A stretch of 63,806 nt of DNA, filler included, from Chiloscyllium plagiosum (GCF_004010195.1; 5 parts of one record of this genome joined end to end with filler, not necessarily neighbours in it), one strand, 5' to 3'. Positions 24,829 to 36,469 are shown, counted from the first letter of the whole stretch. Program-made: numbers and translations. Notes: generated from the sequence alone by a model not told the origin.

Positions 24829-25216
24829 AAAGTTTGGGTGAAGATTTGTAGCACGGGTGCTCGTTGTTGTGGTTCTGTTCGACGAGCTGGAAATTTTTGT
24901 TGCAAACGTTTCGTCCCCTGTCTAGGTGACATCCTCAGTGCTTGGGAGCCTCCTGTGAAGCGCTTCTGTGGTGTTTCCTCTGGCATTTATAGGGCCTGTC
25001 CCTGCCGCTTCCGGTTGTCAGTTTCAGCTGTCCGCTGTAGTGGCCGGCGGTATATTGGGTCCAGGTCGATGTGTTTGTTGATGGAGTTTGTGGATGAGTG
25101 CCATGCATCTAGCCACAGATGCGCTTCACAGGAGGTGCCCAAGCACTGAGGATGTCACCTAGAGAGGGGACAAAACGTTTGCAACAAAAATTTCCAGCTC
25201 GCGAACAGAACCACAA
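24829..25216 (-). mobile_element. 3' fragment of a second Penelope-like element (family C) with inverted pseudo-LTR, inserted in Gypsy RT
   Basis: 14-bp TSD caagattggaagac (24815-24828, 25217-25230); minus strand reads AWHSSTNSINKHIDLDPIY, resembling a PLE GIY-YIG C-terminus; arms near 24864-24966 and 25121-25216 are inverted. Confidence 0.82.
24901..24941 (-). ncRNA. Minimal type I hammerhead ribozyme motif
   Basis: gca-CUGAGGA-U-[GUCaCCU agac AGGgGAC]-GAAACGUU-ugc; the plus-strand mirror at 25143-25182 has GAAA mutated to AAAA. Confidence 0.68.
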
Positions 25217-26414
25217 CAAGATTGGAAGACTCTATAGAGAAAGTTGAACAAGCCACTTACATCACTTACATCAGTTTGTGGTAACTGTCAGGTACCTTTA
25301 TCAGAGAAAGTGAAAGAAGTTTCTGCGCTTGTCACCCCAAATGGGCTATATCAATTCAAAGTGATGCCTTTGAAATGAAGAACGCACCAAACACATTCCA
25401 AAGACTCATGAGCAGAGTTGTGGCCGGATTAACAAATTTATCTGGATGATGTAGAGATCTTTAGCGAGTCATGGAAAGATTACATGGTACAGTTACAGAA
25501 TTCTTTGAATGATTACGAGAAACAAAACTGGTGATAAACTTAAAGAAAACAGTATTCGCAAAGGCTGAGGTGACGCTCTTGGGACATATCATGGTCATAG
25601 AAGGTTGACCCAAAGAAACACAAAGACAAAGGCCATCGAGGAATTTCCACAATCAACCTCAAAGAAAGAGGTGCTTTGATTTTTGGGTCTAAGCGGATTC
25701 TACCAGAAGTTTGTTCCAAACTTCAGCAGCATGGTGGCACCATTAACAGATTTACTAAAGAAGAACATAAAATTTCAGTGGACAGAACAATGCTGGGAGG
25801 CCTTTGAGAATTTAAAAGCAATATTAACCACTGCACTAGTTTTAGCTACACCAAATGTTTTTAAACCCTTCAAAGTTTCAATCAATGCTAGCGATATAGG
25901 ATATGGAGCTGCACTGCTACAGGAAGATGATAATGGAATTGAACGGCCAATTGGCTACTTTTCAAAGAAACTCAACACCCACCAGAGAAAATACTCTACC
26001 ATCAAAAAGGACTTAATGGAGTTTGGTACTGGCCTTACAACATTTTAATGTTTATGTGACGAACAATGTGTCAAAAGACAGTTGTGTACACTGTCCACAA
26101 TCATCTTACATTCTTGGAAAGATTTAAAGACAAAAATATGAGACTATTTCATTGCAGTCTTATGCTACAGACTTTTATTTTACAAACTGTACATGTTGCG
26201 GGTCATAAAAATGTGATAGCAGATACGTTTTCGCAGACTTAAAGGAAAAAAGAGAAATAAGATTGGACAGATTCCAATGTTATATACTTGTGCGCAGAAA
26301 TTAATATGAACTTAGATTAATGGCCTACGTATTTCATTGTAATGGGATTAAGAATTAGAAAAACATAAAGTCATCTTTTCATTATGATGGTTCATTTTTT
26401 CTTAATAGGGGAGG

Positions 26415-26835
26415 TGTTATGAAGTTGAAGGTGTTTACTATACCTTTAAGAGAGAATGAATGCCTTTCTAAACTTAGAGATTACAAGCATGTGTATATGA
26501 CTAAATGGCAGTCTCAGAGTGTACTGGAAAATTGAAAATATATAACATTTGGCTGTGAAATGGATGCCTGAGTTGGTTGCTGTTTTGACAATAATTCAAA
26601 TTTAACCAGTTTAAATTATGCCCCACAATACTAAAAACCAATCGAGTTTGAATTTATTGTTTTGCCAACATCGAACCAATTAGATGATCTGATGCTGGGG
26701 GTATAAAAAAGCAGGCATTTTGAAAATCAGAGAGAGAGAGCAACTGCCATCTAGAGAGAACTAAGAAATTAGGAAACACTCTCTATCAAAGGTACCTTTT
26801 CATATGAAACATCTTCACAGTAAAAAGGAAGAAGA
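26415..26835 (+). repeat. 3' LTR, truncated by a CR1 fragment
   Basis: Aligns by eye to 19014-about 19425, then switches to CR1 ORF1 sequence. Confidence 0.85.
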
Positions 26836-27250
26836 CTCCAAAGAAGGCAGATAGATGGGTGACAGTGAGGGGGACTGGGAGGAAGCAGCCAGTGCAGGGA
26901 CCCCCTGCGGCCATTCCCCTCAAGAACAAGTATACCGTTTTGGATACTTGTGGGGGGGACGACTTACCAGGGGCAAGTAACGGGGCTCAGGCCTCTGGCA
27001 CGGAGCCTGTCCCCATTACTCAGAAGGGAAGGGTGAAGAAGAGCAGAGCAGTAGTAATTGGGGACTCGATAGTTAGGGGCACAGATAGGCGGTTTTGTGG
27101 GAACGAGAGAGACTCACGTTTGGTATGTTGACCCCCAGGTGCAAGGGTATGTGATGTCTCTGATCGTGTTTTCCGGGCCCTGGAGGGGGAGGGGGAGCAG
27201 CCCAAAGTCGTGGTCCACATTGGCACCAACGACATAGGTAGGAGGAGCGC
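26836..27250 (+). mobile_element. CR1 ORF1 fragment (SGNH esterase-like)
   Basis: IPLKNKYTVLD..AVVIGDSIVRG..VC*PPGA..VVHIGTND. Confidence 0.85.
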
Positions 27251-27350
27251 NNNNNNNNNNNNNNNNNNNNNNNNNNNNNNNNNNNNNNNNNNNNTTAATT
27301 AATTAANNNNNNNNNNNNNNNNNNNNNNNNNNNNNNNNNNNNNNNNNNNN
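27251..27350. other. Artificial scaffolding spacer N44-TTAATTAATTAA-N44
   Basis: Exactly 100 bp; the palindromic 12-mer at 27295-27306 puts stop codons in all six frames; identical spacers recur three more times. Confidence 0.95.
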
Positions 27351-28000
27351 TAGATACAGAGTAAAGCTTCCTCTACACTGTCCCCATCAAACACTCCCAG
27401 GACTCGGACAGCACAGGGTAAGATACAAGTAAGCTCCCTCTACACTGTCCCCCCATCAAACACTCCCAGGACAGGGACAGCACGGGGTTGGATACAGAGT
27501 AAAGCTCTCTCTACACTGTCCCCCCATCAAACACTCCCAGGACAGGGAGAGCATGGGGTTAGATACAGAGTAAAGCTCCCTCTACACTGTCAGCCATCAA
27601 ACACTTCCTGGACAGGGACAGCACGGGATTAGATACAGAGTAAAGCTCCCTCTACACTGTCCCCATCAAACACTCCCAGGACAGGGACAGCACAGGATTA
27701 GATACAGAGTAAAGCTTCCTCAACACTGTCAGCCATCAAACACTTCCTGGACAGGGACAGCACGGGGTTAGATACAGAGTAAAGCTCCCTCTACACTGTC
27801 AGCCATCAATCACTTCCTGGACAGGGACAGCACAGGGTTAGATACAGAGTAAAGCTCCCTCTACACTGTCCCCATCAAACACTCCCAGGACAGGGACAGC
27901 ACGGGGTTAGATACAGAGTAAAGCTCCCTCTACACTGTCCCAATCAAACACTCCCAGGACAGGGACAGCACGGGGTTAGATACAGAGTAAAGCTCCCTCT
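27351..28000. repeat. About 70-bp minisatellite (tagatacagagtaaagctccctctacactgtccccatcaaacactcccaggacagggacagcacggggt)n
   Basis: About 9 tandem units; same unit at 41070-41650. Confidence 0.92.
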
Positions 28001-28741
28001 TTCCTGTCAAGGAACATCAGCTCCTCTTCATTCTTGGCCTGTATGTATCTCCATTCAAGCCACAGCATGGTTGACTGGTAAGTGCCCTCTGAATTGCCCA
28101 GAAACCTGGAATGAGTATTAGCTGCTGGCTCTTCCACATTGTCTCCATCCCAGGAGGGAATGGCCAGAGAGTGAGCAAAACAGCAGCAATTGTTTGCTGA
28201 CCTGTTAACTCCACCTTACCAAAGATCCAGCCCAGTCGTGGAGTAGACCTTCATGACTGAGCAGACTAGAGGGGCTGAATGGTCTCCTCCCAGTGCCATG
28301 CTAGTTCTAGAAGCATTGGGGGAGGGTCTTCATGTGCACTCTGTACTCATGGGTTAGTCTGGGGCTGTGAGTGGTGGTGCTGGGGGCTGTTTTGATATAA
28401 CAGTCTGAGCATCATAATGTAGGGACCAACTGTGTCTGAGGGGCTATTCCTCTGTGGGACTAAGCAAGAAACCACTGCCGTGTCCCCACACCCAAACAAT
28501 TAGGGCAGGGGTTTCAAGGAAAGCAGTTTGTCCCCATCAAATCTCATTGGAAAGTTTAATGAGAATGGGTGATCATATTCCTGATTGATTGGTTTAGTAA
28601 GAGCAGCAAACTATATTTAGAGTCACCCAGATCCACAGCCCAGTAAAAGGCCCTGGCTGGTGATACAGTATTGTCCACGTGGATATTTTTAAAGCAAATT
28701 CCAGAACATAATTTATCACTGAATCATTTAAAATACCAGGG

Positions 28742-29083
28742 TTTGGCACTGTGGCTTAGTGGTTAGCGCTGCTGCCTCACAGCACCAGGCTCCCGGGTTC
28801 GATTCCAGCCTCGGGCGACTGTCTGTGTGGGGTTTGCACCCCCCCCCCCCCCGCCACCATGTCTGTGTGGGTTTCCTCTGGGTGCTCCGGTTTCCTCCCA
28901 CAATCCAAAGATGTGAATTGGTCGTGCTAAATTGCCCGTAGTGTTCAGAGATGTGTAGGTTAGATGGGTTAGGCATTGCAAGTGCAGGATGATAGGGCAG
29001 GGGGGTAGGTCTGGCCGGGATTCTCCTTGCAGAGTCAGTGTGGACTCGATGGGCTGAATGGCCCATTGTTGGGATTCTGTGAT
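28742..29083 (+). mobile_element. HE1-related V-SINE, divergent variant
   Basis: A and B boxes and V-domain; different 3' part. Confidence 0.75.
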
Positions 29084-29127
29084 TCCCATTCTCTAACCTT
29101 TGTGTGTGCGTATGTTCCCACCCCCAG

Positions 29128-29218
29128 GACTCTGTGCTTGTTCAGAGCTGAAGATATTTGCTTCCACGTGCAAAGCTGGGATTGTGAAAATTTGGGACCA
29201 CAACAATCAGCTGATGAG
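29128..29218 (+). CDS. WDR97: WD40-repeat protein exon (WDR97-like)
   Basis: cccag/gtgaga boundaries; (G)LCACSELKIFASTCKAGIVKIWDHNNQLM(R) versus recalled human WDR97 GLCCCPTLKLYACSSLDCTVRIWTAENRLLR; phase matches the next exon. Confidence 0.78.
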
Positions 29219-29372
29219 GTGAGATGTGGGAACTGTGGAGCTGTGTAATTGTACAGTCAATGGCAGCAATCCCACGTTAAGATCAATGTTCAGGAGCAGA
29301 GTCAAACAGCCTTGACATTTGTTAACTGACTCAGTAACAACACCAGGAGCTGGAGGAGGACCCCCTGCCCAT

Positions 29373-29566
29373 CATGGTCAGGCAGCATCCGAGGAGCAGG
29401 AGCATTGACGTTTTGGGCATAAACCAGGACTGGCTCATTTCTGATGCAGAGCTCATGCCCGAAACGTCGATTCTCCTGCTCCACGGATGCTGCCTGACCG
29501 GCTGTGCCTTTCCAGCACCACACTCTCAACTCTGATCTCCAACATCTGCAGTCCTCACTTTCTCCA
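29373..29566 (+). mobile_element. Fold-back Penelope-derived element (family A)
   Basis: TSD ccctgcccat (29363-29372, 29567-29576); core mutated to ctgatgc. Confidence 0.8.
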
Positions 29567-30019
29567 CCCTGCCCATTAGGGCCAGCTCTCCTAATTAGCA
29601 ATGCACCTAGTGGTTCCTTCCCCGCCTTCTCCCAAAACCCTGCACATTCTCTTTTTCAGAAAATTATACAATTCACTTTCACAGCCTCGATTAAAAGTGC
29701 CTCAACCACACTCACAGGCAAAGTACTCCAGGTATAACCACTTCCCACATGGACATGTTTTTCCTTATGTCTGACTTGGTTCTTTTGCCAGTCACCTTAA
29801 ACCTGTGCTCTCTCATTCTCCATGCTTCCAACATTGGGGAAGTTTCTCCAATTCTGTCAAGAATCACCACAATCCTGAATGCCTTCATCAAACCTCTCTG
29901 GTACAGAGCCACAAACTCTCCATGTAGCTAAAGCTCCTCATCCCTGGAGCTTTTCACATGGATCTGTCCTGCCTCCTCTCAAACACCATCTCATCCTTGC
30001 TCGGCTTCATCAGAGCAGC

Positions 30020-30385
30020 TCTGAGGAAGGGTCATCGGGTTTGAAACGCTAACTCTGATTTCTCTCCACAGATGATGCCAGACCTGCTGAGTTTCTCCAG
30101 CAATAGTTTCAGACCTCCAGCATCCTCAGTTCTTCATAAACACCAAAGGAACTGTGGATGCTGTAAATCAGAAACAAGAACAGAAAATTACCGGAAAAGC
30201 TCAGCAGGTCTGGCAGCATCTGTGGAGAGAAATCAGTGTTAGTGTTTTGGGTCAAGTGACCCTTCCTCAGTCCTCGGTCACTCGACCAGAAACATTAACT
30301 CTGTTTTCTCTCCATAGATGCTACCAGACCTGCTGAGCTTTTCCAGTAATTTCTGTTTTTGTTTCAGATTTCCAGCATCTGCAAA
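30020..30385. mobile_element. Two adjacent family-D Penelope-derived fragments
   Basis: Decayed core ctgagga-a-gggtcatcgggttt-gaaacg at 30021; inverted arms in 30150-30385. Confidence 0.6.
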
Positions 30386-30929
30386 TCTTTATTTTAACAT
30401 TACTTGCTTACTTAATGTGACTTTATTGATTAAAATCTACAAATACAGCTCATTAATGGTTGATCTCAATGGCCTTCTCTCTATTCCTCTCTCTTTCTGC
30501 CCCTCTAAGTTCTCTTTCTAAAGTATAATTGTGATCTGAGTCTATAACCAGAGACACCCAGTGACAGATGGATCATTGAAGGTCATGACATAGGTTAATG
30601 ATGTCATATAAAAAAACAAAATAAAAGTAATGCTTTTCAATTCTAAAAGGATAGATTTAACAAGCTGAGAATTGCTGTTAAGTTATATTGAATCCGAGGT
30701 TAGGTCATCTTTGGAGTACTGTGTTCAGATTTGGTCCTCATGTGATTAAATGAATAAAGAGATTCTGGATAGAGTGAGGGAAGGATTTAGAGGAGCAAAA
30801 ACAGGATTAAGAGGCCGTAATGGTCAGGAAAGATTGAACACATCAGATTCTTCAGAATACAGCTCAACAGTTGGTGACAGAGGTTATTCGGTGTTTGATA
30901 TGGCATTTCCATGACAATGTATCAATTAT

Positions 30930-31925
30930 CGAGTCATACTCCAAAGAAACAGACCCTTCGGTCTAACCAGTCCATGCTGACCATAACCCCAAACTAAACT
31001 AGGCCCACCTGCCTGCATTTGGCCGATGTCCCTCCAAACCTTTCCTATTCATGTATTTATCCAAATGTCTTGAAAACATTGCAACTGTCCTCAAATCCAC
31101 CACTTCCTCAGGGAAGTTCATTCTGCACACGAACCATAGATTATAAGAAATCTTGTAAAATATACCAATTCCTATTCTCAAAATTCTGGGTAATGCAAGT
31201 GCTAAATACCTTCTTAACCATCCTGTGATGCAAATTTCAAACAAAGTATACCTGAACCCTTAAGTCCCTCTGTTCTACAGCACTACCCAGGGCCTTAGTA
31301 TTAATTGTACAAGCTCTTTCAGTATAAAAAAAGTTGCCCCTCAGGTCCCTTTTAAATCTTTCTCCTCTCACCTTAAAAATATTCTCCCTAGTTTTGAACT
31401 CACCTACCCTAGAGAATAGACCTTTGCTATTCACCTTATCTATGCCCCTCATGATTTTATAAATCTCTATAAAATCTCCTCTCAATGCCCTATGCTACAG
31501 TGAAACAGGTCTCAGCCTATCCAGCCTATTTTATAACTCAAACCCTCCATTCCTGGCAACAGCTTGGTAAATATCTTCTGAACCCTGTCCAATTTAATAA
31601 TATCCTGCCTGTAGCAGAGTGACCAGGGCTGTAAACAGTACTCCAGAACAATCCCACCAACATCCTGTACAACCCTAACATGACATCCTAACTCCTATTC
31701 TCAAAATTCTGGGCAATGAAGGTGCTAATGCCTTCTTAACCATCCTATCTATCTGTAATGCAAATTTCAAAGAATTATGTACCTGAACCCCTACGTCCTT
31801 CTACAACACTACCCAGTGCCCTACTATTGATGGTATAAGTCCTGCCCTTGTGTGTTGTACCAAAATGCAGCACTTCACATTTACCCAAATTCAACTCCAT
31901 CAGCCACTCCTCAGCCCATTGGTTA
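30930..31925 (-). mobile_element. CR1 LINE 3' fragment with an internal duplication
   Basis: RGDFIEIYKIMRG..ERFKRDLRGNFF motifs; about 31171-31313 repeats about 31694-31841. Confidence 0.8.
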
Positions 31926-31974
31926 AGAGAAAGCCACTTAGCACCTTAGCTCCTCTGATATTCAATAAGATCTG

Positions 31975-33005
31975 ATTGACTTGAGTTGAATTTATTGTCA
32001 CGTGTACCGAGGCACAGTGAAAAGCTTTGTCTTGCGAGCAATGCAGGCAGATCACAGAGTTAAGTAGCATAGATAGTAAATAATAGGGAAACAGCGGCAA
32101 GAGCAAAAACACAGGTACAGGAGAATGTTAAGAGTTTGTGAGTCCATTCAGTACTGATTAGATTGGATTCCCTACAGTGTGGAAACAGGCCTTTCGGCCC
32201 AACAAGTCCACACCGACGCTCCGAAGAGTAACCCACCCTGACCCATTCCCCTACATTTACCCCTGACTAATGCACCTAACACTAGGTGCAATTTAGCATG
32301 GCCAATTCACCTGACCCGCACATCTTTGGACTGTGGGAGGAAACCGGAGGGAGCACCTGGAGGAAACCCACACAGACACGGGGAGAATGTGCAAACTTCA
32401 CACAGACAGTTGCCCGAGGTGGGAATTGAACCCAGGTCCTTGGCGCTGTGAGGCAGCAGGTCTGTGCCACTGTGCCACCGTGCCACCCCAATAACAGTAG
32501 AGTAGAAACTGTTACAAAGCTGGCTGCTGCGTGGGTTCAGGCTTCTGTACCTTGTCCCTGATGGTAGAGGTTGTAGAAAAACATTGCCAGGGTGCGGTGG
32601 ATCTTTGAGAATGTTGCCAGCCTTTCCATGACAGCGGGCCTGGTAGATGGATTCTATAGATGGGAGGTTGTCCTTTGTGATTGTCCGGGCCGGGTTCACA
32701 ACTCTCTGTAACCGTCTCCGATCTTGAATCGGAGTTGCCATACCAGGTAGTGATACATCCAGACAGAATGCTCTTGATGGCGCACCTATAAAAGTTGGCA
32801 AGGATATTCACCGTCATGGCAAATGTCCTCAGCTGCCTGAGGAAAAGACATTGTTGGGCCTTTGTAACCAGCATATCCACATGAAGAGTCCAAGAAAGCT
32901 TGTTGTGGATGGCCATTCACAGGAGCTTGACACTCTCCACTCGTTCCATCTCTGTGCTGTTAATGTGTAGTGGGGGCATGAGTAACATCCCGCTGAAAGT
33001 CAATT
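31975..33005 (-). mobile_element. Rex1/Babar-type LINE 3' fragment, split by an HE1-like SINE (32156-32488, minus)
   Basis: KAQQCLFLRQLRTF..NFYRCAIKSILSGCITTWYGN and RRRLQRVV..ILKDPPHPG..LPSGTRYRS..NSFY motifs. Confidence 0.75.
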
Positions 33006-34064
33006 CAACATGGCCCTGACTGATCCAACTCCACGTTCCTGCCTGCTCCCTGTATCCTCAATTCCCCTTAAGTCCGGCATGTTCTCAATCCCAATCTTAA
33101 ATATATTCAATGAGACAGACTTCACCACACTCTGAGCAAGGGAAAACCTCACAGCACTCAACCTTTTGAGGAGATTTCTCCTCATCTCAGTCCTACAAGG
33201 TGATCCCTTTGTCCCTTTACATTTGCTGGGTAGAAGGGGATGCAATCTCCTGGTGTGTGTCCCCCCCACCCTTTCAGAATCTTGTAGATAATGAGACAGT
33301 TGCTAATGTATCCAGCCTGCAATTTCAGGATGACTGTCTTCAGCCAAGATGGGTGAGACTGTGGAAGTCACCGTCCAGGGAGTGGTTCAGACCAATAGTA
33401 CAGATGGCTTTAAGGGGGAAGCCAGATAAACTCATGAAAAACACACACAGGAAGATGCAACAGAAGGACAGAGTGATACGGTGGGGTGAAGAGGGGCAGG
33501 GAGGAACCCATGATCCAGAACAAAGCAGCTAGGCAGAATGGACTATTTCTGTGTTGTATATACACTGTGATTCTATATAATGTATACTGTTTCTTGCTGT
33601 ATAGATCCTATAGATGTCTTCATTCCCTAATCTTTGACACACATTTTGAACTCGTGTCGATCAGAGTGTATTGGGGTGATGCAGGCCAGCCACACATTTA
33701 TTTTTATTTTGACGTCCGTGGTTCAGACGCTAAAAGCCTGCAACTTTCTGATAACAAAGTGTGGAGTGAAGGAATAGAAATAGATATGTTTTCTGTTGCT
33801 GTCTCCCAAACCAGCCCCTAACTGAGGCAGCAGGGTCATATCATGGTTTATTGAGGAGACAGAGATTAGTTGGCACAAATGTTGAATTGTGAAGGGCATC
33901 TTCCATGACCAATGCAATCACAACAGCAAGTACTCACTTATCAATCCACAGCAACAGAGAGTGAGGCCATTCCACCATTGTCCCTATGCTGGCTCTTTGG
34001 AAGAACTGTCCCCATACCCTGCTCTTTCCCCAGGTTTGCGCAAATTTTTCCTGTTTAAATATAT

Positions 34065-35565
34065 ATAAGTGTGAGGTGGTGCTGTATTTTGGAAAGTCAA
34101 ATCAAGGTAAGAGTTTCACGGTGAATGGTGGGGCCTTAAGGAGTGTTGTGGAACAGAGGGACCTTGGAGTTCAGGTGCACAGTTCTCTGAAAGTGGAGTC
34201 CCAGGTAGACAGGGCAGTGAAGGAGACCTTTGGCACACTGGCCTTCATCAGTCAGGGCACTGAGTATAGAAGGTGGGAAGTTATGTTGCAGTTGTACAGG
34301 ATGTTGGTGAGGCCACACTTGGAGTATTGTGTTCAGTTTTGGTCACCTTGCTGTAGGAAGGACGTTATTAAACTGGAAAGAGTGCAGAAGAAATTTACAA
34401 GGATGTTGCCTGGTCTCAAGGGATTGAGTTATAGGGAGAGGTGGGACAAGCTAGGACTTTTTTCTTTATAGGAGACCAATAGGGACCTTATAGAAGTGTA
34501 TAAGATCATGAGAGGCATGGATAGGGTGAATGCACTCGGTCTTTTTCCCAGGGTTAGGGAATCGAGGACGAGAGGGCATCAGTTTAAGGTTAGAGGGGAA
34601 AGAATAAAAGGGAACCTGAGGGGCAACCTTTTTTACACAGAGGGTGGTACACATATGGAATGAGCTGCCAGGGGAAGTAGTTGAGGCGGGTACATTAACA
34701 ACATTTAAAAGGCATTTGAACAAATACACGGATAGGAAAGGATTAGAAGGATATGGGCCAAGTGCTGGGAAATGGGGTTAGTGTGGAAGGATATTTTGGT
34801 CGGCACGGACCAGTTTGGGCCAAAGGGCCTGTCTCTGTGCTGTAGGACTCTGTGACTCTATTTATTAGATTCCTTCTTTAAGTGGATGTTGCCTCCATGG
34901 TGCCAGGATTAGGAATGTCAGAGAATAGCTGCAGGACTTTCTTTTGGGGGACAGTGAAAAGCCAGAGGTTATGGGCCACGTTGACACCACCAACACAGTT
35001 GCGAAGAGGGGTGTGGTTCTGAAGGTAGAAGTTAGGGCACTAGGAATGACACTGCAGATCAAGACTTAGAAAGCAGTGATCCTCCCAGCATCACGTGGCA
35101 GTGAGTATGGAAATCGGAAGATTACCTGGACTGGAAGGATTGAGTTATAAGGGCAGCTTTGATAGGCTGGGACTTCTTTCTCTGTACCGAAGGAGACTGA
35201 GGGCTGACATTATAGAAGTTTATATATAAAATCGTGAGATGTATAGATAAGGTAGACAGCCAACAGCTTTTCCCCAGTGTAGGGGAGACAAACTAGAGGG
35301 CATAGGTTGAAGGTGAGAGGGGAGAGATTCAGAAGGGTCCAGATGGGCAATTTCTTTCACTCAGAAGGTGGTGAGTGTCTGGAATGGGCTGCCAGAGGTA
35401 ATCGTGGTGGAGAATATAATTTCATCATTGAAGAAACATTTAGACAAGTGCATGGGTGGGAGGGATAAAGAGGAATATGGACTAAATGCAGACAATGCGA
35501 AAACTGGGTGGCATGGGCACGTTGGGGCGAAGGGCCTGTTTCCATGCTGTAGGCCTCTATGACTC
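34065..35565 (+). mobile_element. Tandem CR1 fragments (3' ends and an ORF1 remnant)
   Basis: ORF 33986..34471 carries DLGVQVHSSLK..LVRPHLEYCVQFWSP; further WNGLP motif at 35.4 kb. Confidence 0.85.
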
Positions 35566-35840
35566 TAAGATAGAGTGAAGGAATGGGCAGGAGGCAGGGC
35601 TTTAGATTTCTGGGATATTGGAGTGGTTGTGGGCTAGCTATGGTCTGTACCAGGAGCTTGGTCAGCAGGGCACTCATGTCCTGGCAGAGAGATCTGCTCA
35701 TATTGTTCGGAGGGTACACGTGACCCTTTTGGGGGGGGGGGGGGAGTTGGGAACCTGTGAAGGTATTCAAGCAGAATTAAAACAAAGCCAGTCACAGGAA
35801 GTAGAGAAGCTGTAAATGAAAGTGGGAAGTATTCATAGGG

Positions 35841-36176
35841 GAGGCAGTGTGGATTAGAAATGTCACTACACTGTTAATTCAGAGGCCCAGGTAACGTTCT
35901 GGGGACCTGTGTTCGAATCCTATCACGGCAGATGGTGGAATTTGAATTCAATAAAAATCTGGAACTAAAAGTCTAGTAATGACCACGAATCCATGTTCAA
36001 TTGTCAGAAATCCCCACCTGGTTCAGTAATGTCCTTTAGGGAAGGAAACTGTCATCCTTACCCGGTCTGGCCTGCATGTGACTCCAGACCCACAGCAATG
36101 TGGTTGACTCTTAACTGTCCTCTGGGCAATTAGGGATGGGTATTAAATGGGCAATAAGTGACGCCCACATCCCATG
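35841..36176 (+). mobile_element. Second tRNA-derived SINE family
   Basis: B box gttcgaatcc; body gtgactccagacccacagcaatg and tail gggcaattagggatggg shared with copies at about 48655-48850 and 52030-52380. Confidence 0.65.
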
Positions 36177-36237
36177 GAAGGTAATGTATTTTTTTTAAAA
36201 AAGGCAGAAATAAATATTAGAATATCACATTACAGAA

Positions 36238-36430
36238 TACCGAGGGCTCCTGACTTACAAACTCGCGTATTTACGGGCATAATTCCATATTGGATCTAAT
36301 GTTAAAGATCTGACAGACTAACATTTTTTGTATTTACGAAAGGCTCCAGTATATTGTCCTGCATTGTATATGACTTGCATATGAACCAACTTGTGTATGG
36401 GACCCGTCCACAACCTGGGAACTGCCTGCA
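36238..36430. mobile_element. Possible Tigger-like (TcMar) MITE, degenerate
   Basis: Ends resemble decayed terminal inverted repeats (gggctcctgacttacaaac and acaacctgggaactgcctgca). Confidence 0.35.
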
Positions 36431-36469
36431 GTGTTTGAAAGCAGAAATAAAGACATTATTTCTGAATGT

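Larger units (their letters stand above)
19014..26835 (+). mobile_element. Gmr1-like Ty3/Gypsy LTR retrotransposon, decayed (gag, INT, RT, RNase H)
   Basis: Paired LTRs; gag remnants (AYELVPEAYRQRFR, LLEEFKNSLP); integrase zinc finger (HFYWPGL..CHTCQ) and core (IMDLSTRFPEAIPL, IQSDQGSNF) at about 23.3-23.9 kb; RT (QHPYRLNP, VPKP..CVDYRKVN) from 24.6 kb; RNase H (ASDIGYGAALLQ..RPIGYFSKKL) at 25.9 kb; PPT aggggagg at 26407-26414. Confidence 0.9.

Noticed and set aside
27295..27306. TTAATTAATTAA as a biological site (for example a piggyBac TTAA target or homeodomain site)
   Set aside because: It is always centred in a 100-bp N block, so it is an assembly linker.
27351..28000. Regularly spaced repeats resembling a CRISPR array (also the 33-bp and 80-bp arrays)
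   Set aside because: Head-to-tail tandem units with no unique spacers, no cas genes, and a vertebrate context.
28012..28077. AG...gtaagt segment as the preceding WDR97-like exon
   Set aside because: The phase-compatible frame (TSAPLHSWPVCISIQATAWLT) does not resemble the expected DH..DD.TDHIT sequence, and the acceptor abuts a minisatellite.
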